IMG/VR virus record: IMGVR_UViG_3300046368_000651
Location: 1-64,000 of that record
Direction: 5' to 3' (one strand)
Length of the DNA stretch: 64,000 nucleotides
From: an uncultured virus (IMG/VR IMGVR_UViG_3300046368_000651)
Lineage: Duplodnaviria > Heunggongvirae > Uroviricota > Caudoviricetes
Translations under genes and position numbers: made by a program
Shown here: piece by piece, positions 20,257-28,561 of the stretch
Position numbering within the stretch: position 1 is the first letter of the stretch
How the letters are laid out: every line of letters starts with the position of its first letter
Notes under the pieces: model-generated
What the model was told of the DNA's origin: nothing
Database searches by the model: none
What the model saw: the letters and a program-made list of their open reading frames with translations, nothing else

Positions 20257-21065
20257 CGCCAATTTTCTATTACCCAAGGATCATTACAATCACTTGGGTT
20301 TGGCCTTCCGTGAAATACTGCAATGCTTTGATCCTTCATTATTGTTGGATACCCAATTGTTTTAAAGTTCCTGACACCGTTTTTTAGTTCTAGATCTCGT
20401 CTATCACGCATTTCCCACTTATAACTGCGTACCCATTCTTCAGGCCAATATTCCCAAGGTCTGCAATTACGATACATCCAATCCTGGTCTCCTGGCATAC
20501 GATGTACTATACTGTCTTTTTGTGATATAAACTGTGCATACTGCGACTGTCTTGAACCGATGTGCATACGAAAAACACTACTGTTAATCCTATCCCAACG
20601 AGCTCGCATACTACGATTAAAATCTCTAATAACTACAAAGTCTTTTTTAGGCTCATAATCAAAGAATTTATCAAGGTTGTCGCATATAACCACATCAAGA
20701 TCTAAAAACAATAGTGTGCCTCTAAACGGCAATTCATTACTAAAGAACCAAGGTTTGTACCACCAGCCTTGTACTCGTGGTATATCTGGCAATGGATGCG
20801 TAGTTATGTCTTTATCAATACCGTTAGTGTTTTCAGTAAAACAATGGAATTTTATATTTTGCTGAGTATGTCTTTTGCACATATTGTTAAGTTTGTTAAC
20901 ATACTCAGAACTATACTTATTACCCCACTTGAGACAAACAATATGCTTGTCATTGCTTGGCGGTAGCTCTTGTTTTACAGGTTCAACCGCAGGCGCCTTT
21001 TCTAACCTTTTACGTGCTTTGCGTTGGTCTTTTGTCTCACCGGGTATATAGGTTTTAACCTTCAT
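20253..21065 (-). CDS. Glycosyltransferase (GT-A fold)
   Basis: CLKWGNKYSSEYV, DLDVVI (DxD), NSSV, GDQDW and VFHGRPNP motifs. Confidence 0.75.
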   Translation of the reverse strand: MKVKTYIPGETKDQRKARKRLEKAPAVEPVKQELPPSNDKHIVCLKWGNKYSSEYVNKLNNMCKRHTQQNIKFHCFTENTNGIDKDITTHPLPDIPRVQGWWYKPWFFSNELPFRGTLLFLDLDVVICDNLDKFFDYEPKKDFVVIRDFNRSMRARWDRINSSVFRMHIGSRQSQYAQFISQKDSIVHRMPGDQDWMYRNCRPWEYWPEEWVRSYKWEMRDRRDLELKNGVRNFKTIGYPTIMKDQSIAVFHGRPNPSDCNDPWVIENWR

Positions 21066-21501
21066 AGATTGCGCTGTTTGCTCCGTGTTCTGCACACTCG
21101 CAACTTACAACCCAACAACGTCCGTTGCTCATTTCGCTTACAAGTTCTTGTGCTTTGTTAAAAGCATGTTCAGCAAACTTTTCTACACCAACACCATCCA
21201 AGATGTTTAGCTCTGCAAGTCCTGCATCTTCTAGCGCACGAAAGTTATCCAATGCCCAGTCTTTGCTGTCTAGTACAACTTTGTGATCAAAGTTATCTTC
21301 AAGCCATTTCTTTAGTGGTTTCAATCCGCCAAAGTCTACTACCCAGTTACGTTCATCTAATTCGTTGCAACTAAATGTAAATTTAAATTGTAAACTGTAT
21401 CCATGTAAGAAACGGCAGTGTGAATGATCTGCGTGTGGTTGTCTAAAGCAGGCGCTTAAACCAATGTTATGTCCATATGTTTTTGTGCTGTAATAAGCCA
21501 T
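21055..21501 (-). CDS. queD: 6-carboxytetrahydropterin synthase (PTPS family)
   Basis: HCRFLHGYS, WVVDFGGLK, FDHK and EHGANSAIY motifs. Confidence 0.85.
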   Translation of the reverse strand: MAYYSTKTYGHNIGLSACFRQPHADHSHCRFLHGYSLQFKFTFSCNELDERNWVVDFGGLKPLKKWLEDNFDHKVVLDSKDWALDNFRALEDAGLAELNILDGVGVEKFAEHAFNKAQELVSEMSNGRCWVVSCECAEHGANSAIYEG

Positions 21502-21557
21502 GTATTCTCCTTGTAAGGCGGCAGAGTTAGAAGGGTTGACGCTAAGTCCTTAATAGC

Positions 21558-21586
21558 AGTATACTATAGTTTATTTATTGTGTCAA
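21558..21586 (-). promoter_or_regulatory. sigma70-type promoter of queD
   Basis: TTGACA-N17-TATACT. Confidence 0.7.
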
Positions 21587-21589
21587 GTA

Positions 21590-22054
21590 TTAACGTGGGT
21601 CTACTTTTAAATAGATGTTATCAAATTCTTGCTTTTTGTGTGTTTTGAATATCAAGTGTACACATTCGAACTCACCTGTCATACTAACACGATACTCGCC
21701 GCCTTCTTTCATATCATCCGGTACGGCCATATGCCAGCCGTTTTCTACACGGTCGCCTGGTGCTGTTGCTTGTATGTAGCGTTTTGTAAAGGTGTTTAGT
21801 TTGTGCGAGTGTGAGCCGTCTGTTGCGTGTGCTACACCATATACGGCTGTGCTGTTGCACTGGAACTTCTTTGACCCTACCATATAGAACTCTATATCTT
21901 TGTCTTTAGTTATTGGATTATTCGTAATGCCGATTTCTGTATCTGTAAATACAAATGCATTGTCAAAACTGACGTACAACACACCAACTACTATAAGTGT
22001 TGCCAAGCTAAATCCGCTCATAATATTTAGAAGTACTATTCTAACTGGGGCCAT
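21590..22054 (-). CDS. Hypothetical protein with N-terminal transmembrane segment
   Basis: 154 aa with a hydrophobic N-terminus. Confidence 0.6.
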   Translation of the reverse strand: MAPVRIVLLNIMSGFSLATLIVVGVLYVSFDNAFVFTDTEIGITNNPITKDKDIEFYMVGSKKFQCNSTAVYGVAHATDGSHSHKLNTFTKRYIQATAPGDRVENGWHMAVPDDMKEGGEYRVSMTGEFECVHLIFKTHKKQEFDNIYLKVDPR

Positions 22055-22349
22055 TTCGTTCCTCTTCCAATGATTTCCTTATATCCTTGAGATCTTGCTT
22101 TACCTCTATAAGATTGGTAGTTGCTGAAGACATTGTCCTGATAATGTATTTAACAGTTATAATGGTCCAAAACCACCATGTGACGGCAGTAAAGGCAAAT
22201 AAGATCATACCAATATTAAACAAGGTATCAAACGATGTAATACCTATTGTGAGAGATATACCCCCCGTAACAAGAAAAATCGTTGGGGCTACTTTTGCGT
22301 AGATATCCCAACGATGTACTTGTCTTTCAATTTGTGAATTTTTGTCCAA
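22041..22349 (-). CDS. Two-TM membrane protein
   Basis: Two hydrophobic segments followed by a C-terminal coiled coil. Confidence 0.6.
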   Translation of the reverse strand: MDKNSQIERQVHRWDIYAKVAPTIFLVTGGISLTIGITSFDTLFNIGMILFAFTAVTWWFWTIITVKYIIRTMSSATTNLIEVKQDLKDIRKSLEEERNGPS

Positions 22350-22436
22350 ACAACTTTTCCTTCGGCCTTTTGATAACGGAGGCTCGTGGCGAACTCCTAT
22401 ACTATATTTATTGTTGGCTAAAGATCTATTAAGTAC

Positions 22437-22805
22437 TCAGTCAATTTCTTTCCAAAATTCACCAAGTCTTATTTTGTAGTCATTTTTATCAATAATTTCT
22501 ACATTTGTTACACGATCGTAACGAAAACTACGAAATCCTTTTGCTTCAACTGCCCACACTGCACATACCTTGTCTGATATTTCACGCACTTTCTTTTGTG
22601 TGATTGCATCATCTTTTTTAGCAGGAGGAAGAAACTGTGGAATAAGTGTACAAGGCATTACACGCTCGTCACCATTTAATTTCTTAAATGTAACTATTGC
22701 CACTTCCTTTTGGAGGAGTTCCATTAACTCCTCCCTTGTAGGAATACCTTTGAGTGCTGCTACTGTATCAGCGACTTTCAACGACTTTGTCTGCGAGTCC
22801 TGCAT
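22437..22805 (-). CDS. WYL_2/DUF2693-like SH3-fold protein
   Basis: [17 protein letters not shown]...[17 protein letters not shown]. Confidence 0.7.
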   Translation of the reverse strand: MQDSQTKSLKVADTVAALKGIPTREELMELLQKEVAIVTFKKLNGDERVMPCTLIPQFLPPAKKDDAITQKKVREISDKVCAVWAVEAKGFRSFRYDRVTNVEIIDKNDYKIRLGEFWKEID

Positions 22806-23385
22806 CGACTGCCTCCTCTGCTGATAAGAACGTATCAAACTTCATAGTATCAAACAATTCTTCAAACGTTTTTCCTGCACTATTATGTTTTACATATAAC
22901 TCAGTTAGACGTCTATTAAGTCTCTTACCTTCGTCAAATGAACGAATAGCATCTTCCATTTGTAGTTCTTGTACGTGTACACTGCCGCTTGTGCCTCTGG
23001 TGCCACTTGACACTCTATGAATCATTGTACGGCTTTCAGGTAGTACATAGCGTTTTCCAGCTTCACCTGCTTGTGCTAGGAAACTGCCCATGCTTGCTGC
23101 TTGACCCATTACCATTGTGTGTACAGGTGCTTTAACAAACTGCATAGTATCATAGATAGCAAGTCCTGCTGTAACACTACCGCCTGGGCTGTTTACATAC
23201 AACTTAATAGGCTTTTCAGAGTTTACACTTTCTAAGTATAGCATTTGTGCTACAATTAGATTAGCCATGTTGTCTTCAACAACACCTTGCATCATAATGA
23301 TACGGTCTTTCATTAGACGACTGTAGATATCATAACTACGTTCGCCTTTGGATTCTGATTCTACTACAATTGGTACTAGGGGCAT
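22768..23385 (-). CDS. clpP: ATP-dependent Clp protease proteolytic subunit
   Basis: [42 protein letters not shown] (catalytic Ser) and MIH motifs. Confidence 0.97.
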   Translation of the reverse strand: MPLVPIVVESESKGERSYDIYSRLMKDRIIMMQGVVEDNMANLIVAQMLYLESVNSEKPIKLYVNSPGGSVTAGLAIYDTMQFVKAPVHTMVMGQAASMGSFLAQAGEAGKRYVLPESRTMIHRVSSGTRGTSGSVHVQELQMEDAIRSFDEGKRLNRRLTELYVKHNSAGKTFEELFDTMKFDTFLSAEEAVDAGLADKVVESR

Positions 23386-23396
23386 GTTTTATCCTT

Positions 23397-24596
23397 TTAA
23401 TAAACTTTTAGTATTATGGTGTCTGCATTAAGTCTACCGTTTAACTTAATGTCTGTGGTTTTGATTTCATCCATGAATTTACGTAATTTGACCTTGGATG
23501 CTTTTTTGAACTCTTTGAGTGTTTCATCAGGTTTACGAAGTGTTTTTTGGATACTAGATTTTTCGTTATAGTGTAATAGTGTTGTGCCTTTAACACGTAT
23601 AGTTGCATGTTCATCTGCAACGTACTTTCCTAATTTGCGTGTCTTAATATTGTACACCCAAACTTCTTTAGAGTCAATTAGTTCAAGCGGATTGACACTT
23701 ACAATTTGCAGTTTATCATCACGCTCAAGATACTTGAGTTTAGCAACCATCTTCTCTTTGCTAGGAGGTGCTTTCTTGCGTGGCTTACGTGTAGCTTTAG
23801 CAGCGTCTATAACAAGGTCACAAGCGCCGTGTAGCGTCTCTAATGCTTCTAAGTATGCTTTAGCATCCTTTTTAGTAAGGTGGCTGTAGCCTTCTCTAAG
23901 CTGTGCTAACATGTCGCTTTTTAGAGGATCTTTTTCTCTGTTGATTTCGCCCGGTGTAGGAAGTTTTTGTATTAGTTGTGCTTCTTTGTATTCGTTATCG
24001 TAATACTTTTTAATCTTACGTGCATGAGCTTGTGTGACTTTCATTTTAGCAAAATGTTTAGTAAAGTCAAAGCCTTTAGGATCAAACTTTTTCTTGTCGG
24101 TAATAAAGCCGTCTAGCCATTCTTCGATTGCATCGCAGGCATCTTGTGCTTGTTCTGCAATACGTTCTTGTATACTAGGGACGTAAACATTTTTCTTTGT
24201 TTTGTCAACTGCTTTCTTTTCTTCTACTAGAGCTTCGCCTTCTTCGGCAAGTGCAAGAATCCATTTATTTAATCCAGTCACATGCCCTTCTGGTACAAGT
24301 TCGCTAAAATCATTTTCTATAAGATATGCCGCACAAGCCCAATGACTCTTCCCACCAACTTTCCAATCTGGTAACTTATTGATGGCGGAGACAATTTTTT
24401 TATCATATTTGTTTTTGATATATAGTTTACAGCGTGTAAGCCATTCTTTTGATTCAACTTCATAATGTGTATAATAGTGTGCTTTAATCCAAGTCAATTT
24501 TTTAGTAGGCATCAGCGGAAGCATATTTGCTCCTCGACGTACTGCTCTTACTGTTTTCTTTTTAGGTTTTGCCGCTGCTTTGTTAGCTCGTGCCAT
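23397..24596 (-). CDS. Lys-rich hypothetical phage protein
   Basis: 399 aa with AAGGAG ribosome-binding site and its own promoter. Confidence 0.7.
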   Translation of the reverse strand: MARANKAAAKPKKKTVRAVRRGANMLPLMPTKKLTWIKAHYYTHYEVESKEWLTRCKLYIKNKYDKKIVSAINKLPDWKVGGKSHWACAAYLIENDFSELVPEGHVTGLNKWILALAEEGEALVEEKKAVDKTKKNVYVPSIQERIAEQAQDACDAIEEWLDGFITDKKKFDPKGFDFTKHFAKMKVTQAHARKIKKYYDNEYKEAQLIQKLPTPGEINREKDPLKSDMLAQLREGYSHLTKKDAKAYLEALETLHGACDLVIDAAKATRKPRKKAPPSKEKMVAKLKYLERDDKLQIVSVNPLELIDSKEVWVYNIKTRKLGKYVADEHATIRVKGTTLLHYNEKSSIQKTLRKPDETLKEFKKASKVKLRKFMDEIKTTDIKLNGRLNADTIILKVY

Positions 24597-24619
24597 TTGC
24601 CACTCCTTAGTTTTGTTTA

Positions 24620-24648
24620 ACTATATAGCCAAGAATACAGATTGTCAA
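24620..24648 (-). promoter_or_regulatory. sigma70-type promoter
   Basis: TTGACA-N17-TATAGT. Confidence 0.65.
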
Positions 24649-25031
24649 CCGAAATCAAATAAATCTTGTGGATCTCCAAACGCTCCCATAGTATTTTCCA
24701 GTGAAGGTTTAGGCTTTGATGCCTTCTTTTTACGAACACTGCCTGATTTTGTATAAAACTTTTTACGTACTGCGTCTAAGCCGCCTTCGACTCGACTTGG
24801 ATATTCTCCTAAAAAACTACCTGCTGCTAGATCATCTTTGTTAATATGATCTTTATGAAAGTGTTCTATTTCATCCCAACGCTCTAGCATAACCTTACTC
24901 ATGTTATCAAAGAACGCATCTGAAAATATACTATCGTCTTGCTTATAGTAAGCAAATGATGCCATAAGATACCATGGCACCATCATGTTTATATTATCAT
25001 CAAAGATTTCTTGTGCTTGTGAATCTAGCAT
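24645..25031 (-). CDS. Protein resembling the N-terminal (Ia) domain of NAD-dependent DNA ligase
   Basis: AYYKQDDSIFSDAFFD resembles the YY..D.P.I.D.EYD motif of domain Ia. Confidence 0.5.
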   Translation of the reverse strand: MLDSQAQEIFDDNINMMVPWYLMASFAYYKQDDSIFSDAFFDNMSKVMLERWDEIEHFHKDHINKDDLAAGSFLGEYPSRVEGGLDAVRKKFYTKSGSVRKKKASKPKPSLENTMGAFGDPQDLFDFG

Positions 25032-25255
25032 TTTACACCAATGGACATTAGCATATTACGAGCCATTGTTACACCAGTTTTTTCAACTTCTTCTTCGCAA
25101 AGTTCGTCAACTAGCAACTGATGCAGTGTTAATGCCATTTCAAGCTCTTCTTCGTTTAGCTGTTGGAACCAAGACACTAGCTGTTCGTTTGTATCACACT
25201 GCCACATTGTGTCTAACATTCTGCACTGTTCTTCAGTGAGCCCGTCGATCCTCAT
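25025..25255 (-). CDS. Hypothetical protein
   Basis: 76 aa ORF with overlapping start/stop codons. Confidence 0.55.
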   Translation of the reverse strand: MRIDGLTEEQCRMLDTMWQCDTNEQLVSWFQQLNEEELEMALTLHQLLVDELCEEEVEKTGVTMARNMLMSIGVKC

Positions 25256-25446
25256 AGATTAAAAGGTTCTTTGTAACCTTCCTCAACAAGACTTGCAAAA
25301 TATTCTTGGGCACGATCTAAGTCGTGATAATCGTGCTGCTTTTCAAACTCAAACGCATCAAAGTGATTAAACACTGCCCGGTTATCGTTGACTTTAACCA
25401 ACACACTGTTAGCATTTTTTTGTAATACACATTCTTTAAGTTTCAT
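25252..25446 (-). CDS. Hypothetical protein
   Basis: 64 aa ORF with overlapping start/stop codons. Confidence 0.5.
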   Translation of the reverse strand: MKLKECVLQKNANSVLVKVNDNRAVFNHFDAFEFEKQHDYHDLDRAQEYFASLVEEGYKEPFNL

Positions 25447-26632
25447 CGTTACCTACCAGTTTTGCTATCTTAGGGTTGACATCTACAAGTGCAGTATTGC
25501 CCTTACTGTCAAGTTTACTTATAACATATCTACGCAGATTGTCAACCTCTTTTCGTGAATTTATTCGCCAATTTTTGTTTTTTATTTCTTCAACATGCTG
25601 TGTGTCTATAAACTTACTAACTTGCTGATCAATTGAGTTGTTGGTTAAAAACTGTTTTATGTAGTCTTTTTGTGCATAGCTTAACAAACTAATATTGTAA
25701 TAGATAGGATCGTGGCAAAAATTAACATTTACGCTTTCATGCGGAATACCTACCTTAGTACACCATTCAAGCATGTCAGTACCGCTTAGACAGTTTAACA
25801 AGCTCACAGTGTATGTTATACGTATGTCAATGTCCTGCTGTAATGCGTGTACAATGTTATCTTCAACACGTTGCCATTTAGCAGGCGGACGTTGGTATTC
25901 GTAGTTAGCGCCTATATCGTCAATACTATAATGCAATTGTATGCGTTTAAACTGTGCAAACTGTTCTAGCAATTTATCTGTTAGTTTAAAGGTACCATTG
26001 GTATGATATTTAATCCAAATATCTTTTGCTTTGTCTTGTGCAATTAAATGCTCTAGTAATTGGTTGTGTTCTTCGATTAAAAATGGTTCACCGCCGCTCA
26101 AATATAGTACTTCTGCATTATTGCTTATGTTTAGAATACTATTCCAATTATCCTGCTGTTGTACCCAATTTTTTCCGTAGCTAGGATTTATAACCTGGCC
26201 AAATAATTCTAATTCAGTAGCTTCCCACTTTTTTGTAAATTCACTATTGCATATCTTACATTTTAAGTTACAATGATTACCTAGTTTAACATCAAAAAGT
26301 ACAGGGTTTGGAGCATCAGTTGAATCCATAAGGTGTAAATGTTTGCCGTGTATTTCAAGTTCACGCTGTCTGCGACTTAGTAAGCCTTGGTCTTCTTGGC
26401 TAAAGCATTTGTTGCATCCTGCTGGCCGTTCGCCGTTGATGTATTGCTGTCTTAGTGCTTTGTATTCTGCATTGTTCCAAACAGTTTCTAGTGTTGTATC
26501 TTTGTTGTTTAAATCTAGTTTGTTGCCCTGTTCGTCTGTAAACTCATACAAGTATTCGGCACAGGGTCTTACATAGCCTGTTGCACATACTTCAATTTGT
26601 GTCCACGGTACAATGCACTTAGGTAATGTCAT
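25436..26632 (-). CDS. Radical SAM protein with SPASM/twitch-like domain
   Basis: CIVPW...GYVRPC...CNKC N-domain; CNLKCKIC; SGGEPF; YHTNGT. Confidence 0.85.
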   Translation of the reverse strand: MTLPKCIVPWTQIEVCATGYVRPCAEYLYEFTDEQGNKLDLNNKDTTLETVWNNAEYKALRQQYINGERPAGCNKCFSQEDQGLLSRRQRELEIHGKHLHLMDSTDAPNPVLFDVKLGNHCNLKCKICNSEFTKKWEATELELFGQVINPSYGKNWVQQQDNWNSILNISNNAEVLYLSGGEPFLIEEHNQLLEHLIAQDKAKDIWIKYHTNGTFKLTDKLLEQFAQFKRIQLHYSIDDIGANYEYQRPPAKWQRVEDNIVHALQQDIDIRITYTVSLLNCLSGTDMLEWCTKVGIPHESVNVNFCHDPIYYNISLLSYAQKDYIKQFLTNNSIDQQVSKFIDTQHVEEIKNKNWRINSRKEVDNLRRYVISKLDSKGNTALVDVNPKIAKLVGNDET

Positions 26633-27353
26633 ACTTGTCCCGTAAGAAAGGCATAATAACTTTTTCAGAAAAGAGTTTGTGCTGATAATTTCCAGGATGA
26701 GGATCTCTTGGATGGGGGAAACGGTCGTTACAATTTTCAACACACCATCCGTGTTCACTACTCACAGGTAAAAAATATTCAAAATCTATCATGTCTTTGA
26801 GATAGTCGTGCTGGTAATTTGCACGATCATCAGGCCTGTCTTTTAATACTTCATCTGTATAAGTGGTCATGAAATATTTAATATTATAATTTTGTAAAAA
26901 CCACTGTGTTCTCAATATGTTTTCATAAGCATATATACTATCGCTTGGATGATTTTGATATCTCTTATACCAATTCTGTGAAAACAAACTATTAAATCCT
27001 ACACCAATTAACACCCACCAACTTTGTTGTTGGGCATGTACTTGAGGCCATAAATGAGGACTGGTATCGCTATCAAACGGTTCGCATATTCCTAATCCTT
27101 CAGGCTTATCAATTAAAAATGCTCTACGTTCTTTGCCACTCCACATTATACCAACCAACATGTCTTCAGGGTTAACCCCTGCTTTTAAACATTCGTTTAC
27201 TTGCCAAATAACTTTTCGACTAATTAAGTCGTTGCCCGAACTACCCACACCGGTTTGGTAATGAGTGTCATATTGTAGTCTATCTTGTAAATGCACAGGC
27301 CAGCACATACTGTCAGCACTGAAGCTGCATCCTCCAGTAATTAATACTTTCAT
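26619..27353 (-). CDS. SGNH-hydrolase-like protein
   Basis: GGCSFS, GSSGN, MWSG..R and DPHPG motifs. Confidence 0.6.
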   Translation of the reverse strand: MKVLITGGCSFSADSMCWPVHLQDRLQYDTHYQTGVGSSGNDLISRKVIWQVNECLKAGVNPEDMLVGIMWSGKERRAFLIDKPEGLGICEPFDSDTSPHLWPQVHAQQQSWWVLIGVGFNSLFSQNWYKRYQNHPSDSIYAYENILRTQWFLQNYNIKYFMTTYTDEVLKDRPDDRANYQHDYLKDMIDFEYFLPVSSEHGWCVENCNDRFPHPRDPHPGNYQHKLFSEKVIMPFLRDKYDIT

Positions 27354-27505
27354 TTGTTATCAATTCTTCCTTTGGTTCCACAATGTGGGCAATGCCAAGT
27401 TGTTCTGTCTGCACAATACTTGTCTTCCATTGTTGCAAACGTAAACCATCCTTTACATTTTATACATGTTAGATGCCAAATAATTTCTTTATGAGCTTTA
27501 AACAT
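27350..27505 (-). CDS. Small zinc-ribbon protein (51 aa, not in track)
   Basis: MFKAHKEIIWHLTCIKCKGWF...WHCPHCGTKGRIDNK; its stop overlaps the next ATG. Confidence 0.65.
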   Translation of the reverse strand: MFKAHKEIIWHLTCIKCKGWFTFATMEDKYCADRTTWHCPHCGTKGRIDNK

Positions 27506-27510
27506 AAACA

Positions 27511-27518
27511 TATTTATA
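27511..27518 (-). promoter_or_regulatory. T4-type late promoter
   Basis: TATAAATA immediately after the tRNA-Pro CCA end. Confidence 0.6.
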
Positions 27519-27519
27519 T

Positions 27520-27597
27520 TGGTCGGGGATGCAAGATTCGAACTTGCGATCTTCTGCTCCCAAAGCAGACGGATTAACCAGACTTTCCTAATCCCCG
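27520..27597 (-). tRNA. tRNA-Pro(UGG)
   Basis: CGGGGAT/ATCCCCG acceptor stem, TCTGC-TTTGGGA-GCAGA anticodon arm, TTCGAAT T-loop, ACCA end. Confidence 0.95.
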
Positions 27598-27599
27598 TT

Positions 27600-27676
27600 T
27601 GGTGCGCCCGGTAGGACTCGAACCTACGATCTACCCGTTATGAGCGGGGAGCTTTAACCAACTAAGCTACAGGCGC
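27600..27676 (-). tRNA. tRNA with CAU anticodon, most likely Ile2 (lysidine-modified, reads AUA)
   Basis: GCGCCTG/CGGGCGC acceptor with C4-G69 and C5-G68 as in bacterial Ile2; loop CTCATAA; no initiator C1:A72 mismatch; ACCA end. Confidence 0.85.
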
Positions 27677-27680
27677 AATT

Positions 27681-27754
27681 TGGCATCGGTGCAGGGAGTC
27701 GAACCCCGGCTTTCAGTTTTGGAGACTGACGTGCTACCGTAACACTTCACCGAC
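27681..27754 (-). tRNA. tRNA-Trp(CCA)
   Basis: GTCGGTG/CACCGAT acceptor stem, TCAGT-CTCCAAA-ACTGA anticodon arm, GCCA end. Confidence 0.95.
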
Positions 27755-27791
27755 AAAAAAAGCCCCTAATAAAATTAATTACTAGGGGCTT
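27755..27791 (-). terminator. Intrinsic terminator (attenuator 3:4 hairpin)
   Basis: GCCCCUAGUAA-UUAAUU-UUAUUAGGGGC followed by U7 that ends at tRNA-Trp nucleotide 1. Confidence 0.85.
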
Positions 27792-27819
27792 GTTGAAATA
27801 ACTTTTTAAAAAGTCACAT

Positions 27820-27882
27820 TCAAGACGTACCCCGGTTATTCGGTGGCCAATATATTATACATATTGATATAGTCTTGAGCAT
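27820..27882 (-). CDS. Putative attenuator leader peptide MLKTISICIIYWPPNNRGTS
   Basis: AAGGA ribosome-binding site; codons ATA x4, TGG, CCA, CCG; the 3' end overlaps the antiterminator strand. Confidence 0.75.
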   Translation of the reverse strand: MLKTISICIIYWPPNNRGTS

Positions 27883-27909
27883 GTTAAAATTCCTTATTTC
27901 TTACGTTCT

Positions 27910-27917
27910 TATTTATA
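27910..27917 (-). promoter_or_regulatory. T4-type late promoter for the leader/tRNA unit
   Basis: Exact TATAAATA 27 nt upstream of the leader ATG. Confidence 0.65.
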
Positions 27918-27923
27918 TAAAAT

Positions 27924-28125
27924 GATAGGTTGGACTCTGTGAATACCAACAACCCCTTTGTAGAGCCACGCTCAAAAACAGGGAGCTTCATATTAAACGG
28001 TTACGTCTAAAAATACAACTTCGTATCTCTACGCTCTTGCATTGCCACTACAGCTATGAACCAAGTTACAACCTCTACGGATTGCCATTCCTTGCACTAT
28101 CTAACTTAGGATATCTCCTAACTTA
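27924..28125 (-). ncRNA. Candidate structured ncRNA (~200 nt)
   Basis: No credible ORF; has its own sigma70 promoter; nested long-range helices and a GAGA tetraloop hairpin. Confidence 0.45.
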
Positions 28126-28132
28126 TGTACTT

Positions 28133-28161
28133 AATATAACAGCCTTTACTACCATTGTCAA
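28133..28161 (-). promoter_or_regulatory. sigma70-type promoter
   Basis: TTGACA-N17-TATATT. Confidence 0.65.
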
Positions 28162-28176
28162 CCACTTTTTTGCATT

Positions 28177-28380
28177 TTATTTAAAATTCTTTTCAGTTCC
28201 GTCAGTTATTTTCTTTGCTAATCTGTATGGGAGGAACCCAAACATAAAAGGAAAAAATGCATGAATAATTCCTGTGATAAAAACTAATAGTGCTATACAT
28301 GCAAAATATACGGCATAGAAAAGATGCTCAAAATATGTTGTGCTTGCTTTCTGTAAATGCTTAAAATCAAATATTTTCAT
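28177..28380 (-). CDS. Small membrane protein (DUF6356-like)
   Basis: HL......Y.EHL..A...IHAFFPF pattern; AAGGA ribosome-binding site. Confidence 0.6.
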   Translation of the reverse strand: MKIFDFKHLQKASTTYFEHLFYAVYFACIALLVFITGIIHAFFPFMFGFLPYRLAKKITDGTEKNFK

Positions 28381-28395
28381 ATGATTCCTTTGTTA

Positions 28396-28470
28396 TGGTA
28401 GTCCCTACGGGAGTCGAACCCGTCTTTCAAGGTTGAAAACCTGGCGTCCTAACCGATAGACGAAGGGACC
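28396..28470 (-). tRNA. tRNA-Glu(UUC)
   Basis: Cloverleaf with loop TTTTCAA and ACCA end. Confidence 0.92.
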
Positions 28471-28475
28471 AAGTT

Positions 28476-28550
28476 TGGCTGGAACGGTAGGACTCGAACC
28501 TACAATCACTTGTACCAAAAACAAGGGCATTACCATTATGCTACGTTCCA
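28476..28550 (-). tRNA. tRNA-Gln(UUG)
   Basis: U1-A72 pair, CTTGT-TTTTGGT-ACAAG anticodon arm, GCCA end. Confidence 0.92.
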
Positions 28551-28561
28551 TTGCCATTAAA

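Noticed and set aside
22350..22415. GC-rich leader hairpins before the two-TM gene as a riboswitch or holin control element
   Set aside because: Only short stems and no recognisable motif; insufficient support.
27600..27676. tRNA-Met or initiator assignment
   Set aside because: G1-C72 is paired and the acceptor stem resembles bacterial Ile2. Ile2 is favoured but not proven.
27755..28130. T-box riboswitch as the explanation for the terminator
   Set aside because: I found no T-box UGGNACC bulge motif. The leader ORF plus alternative hairpins explain the region better.
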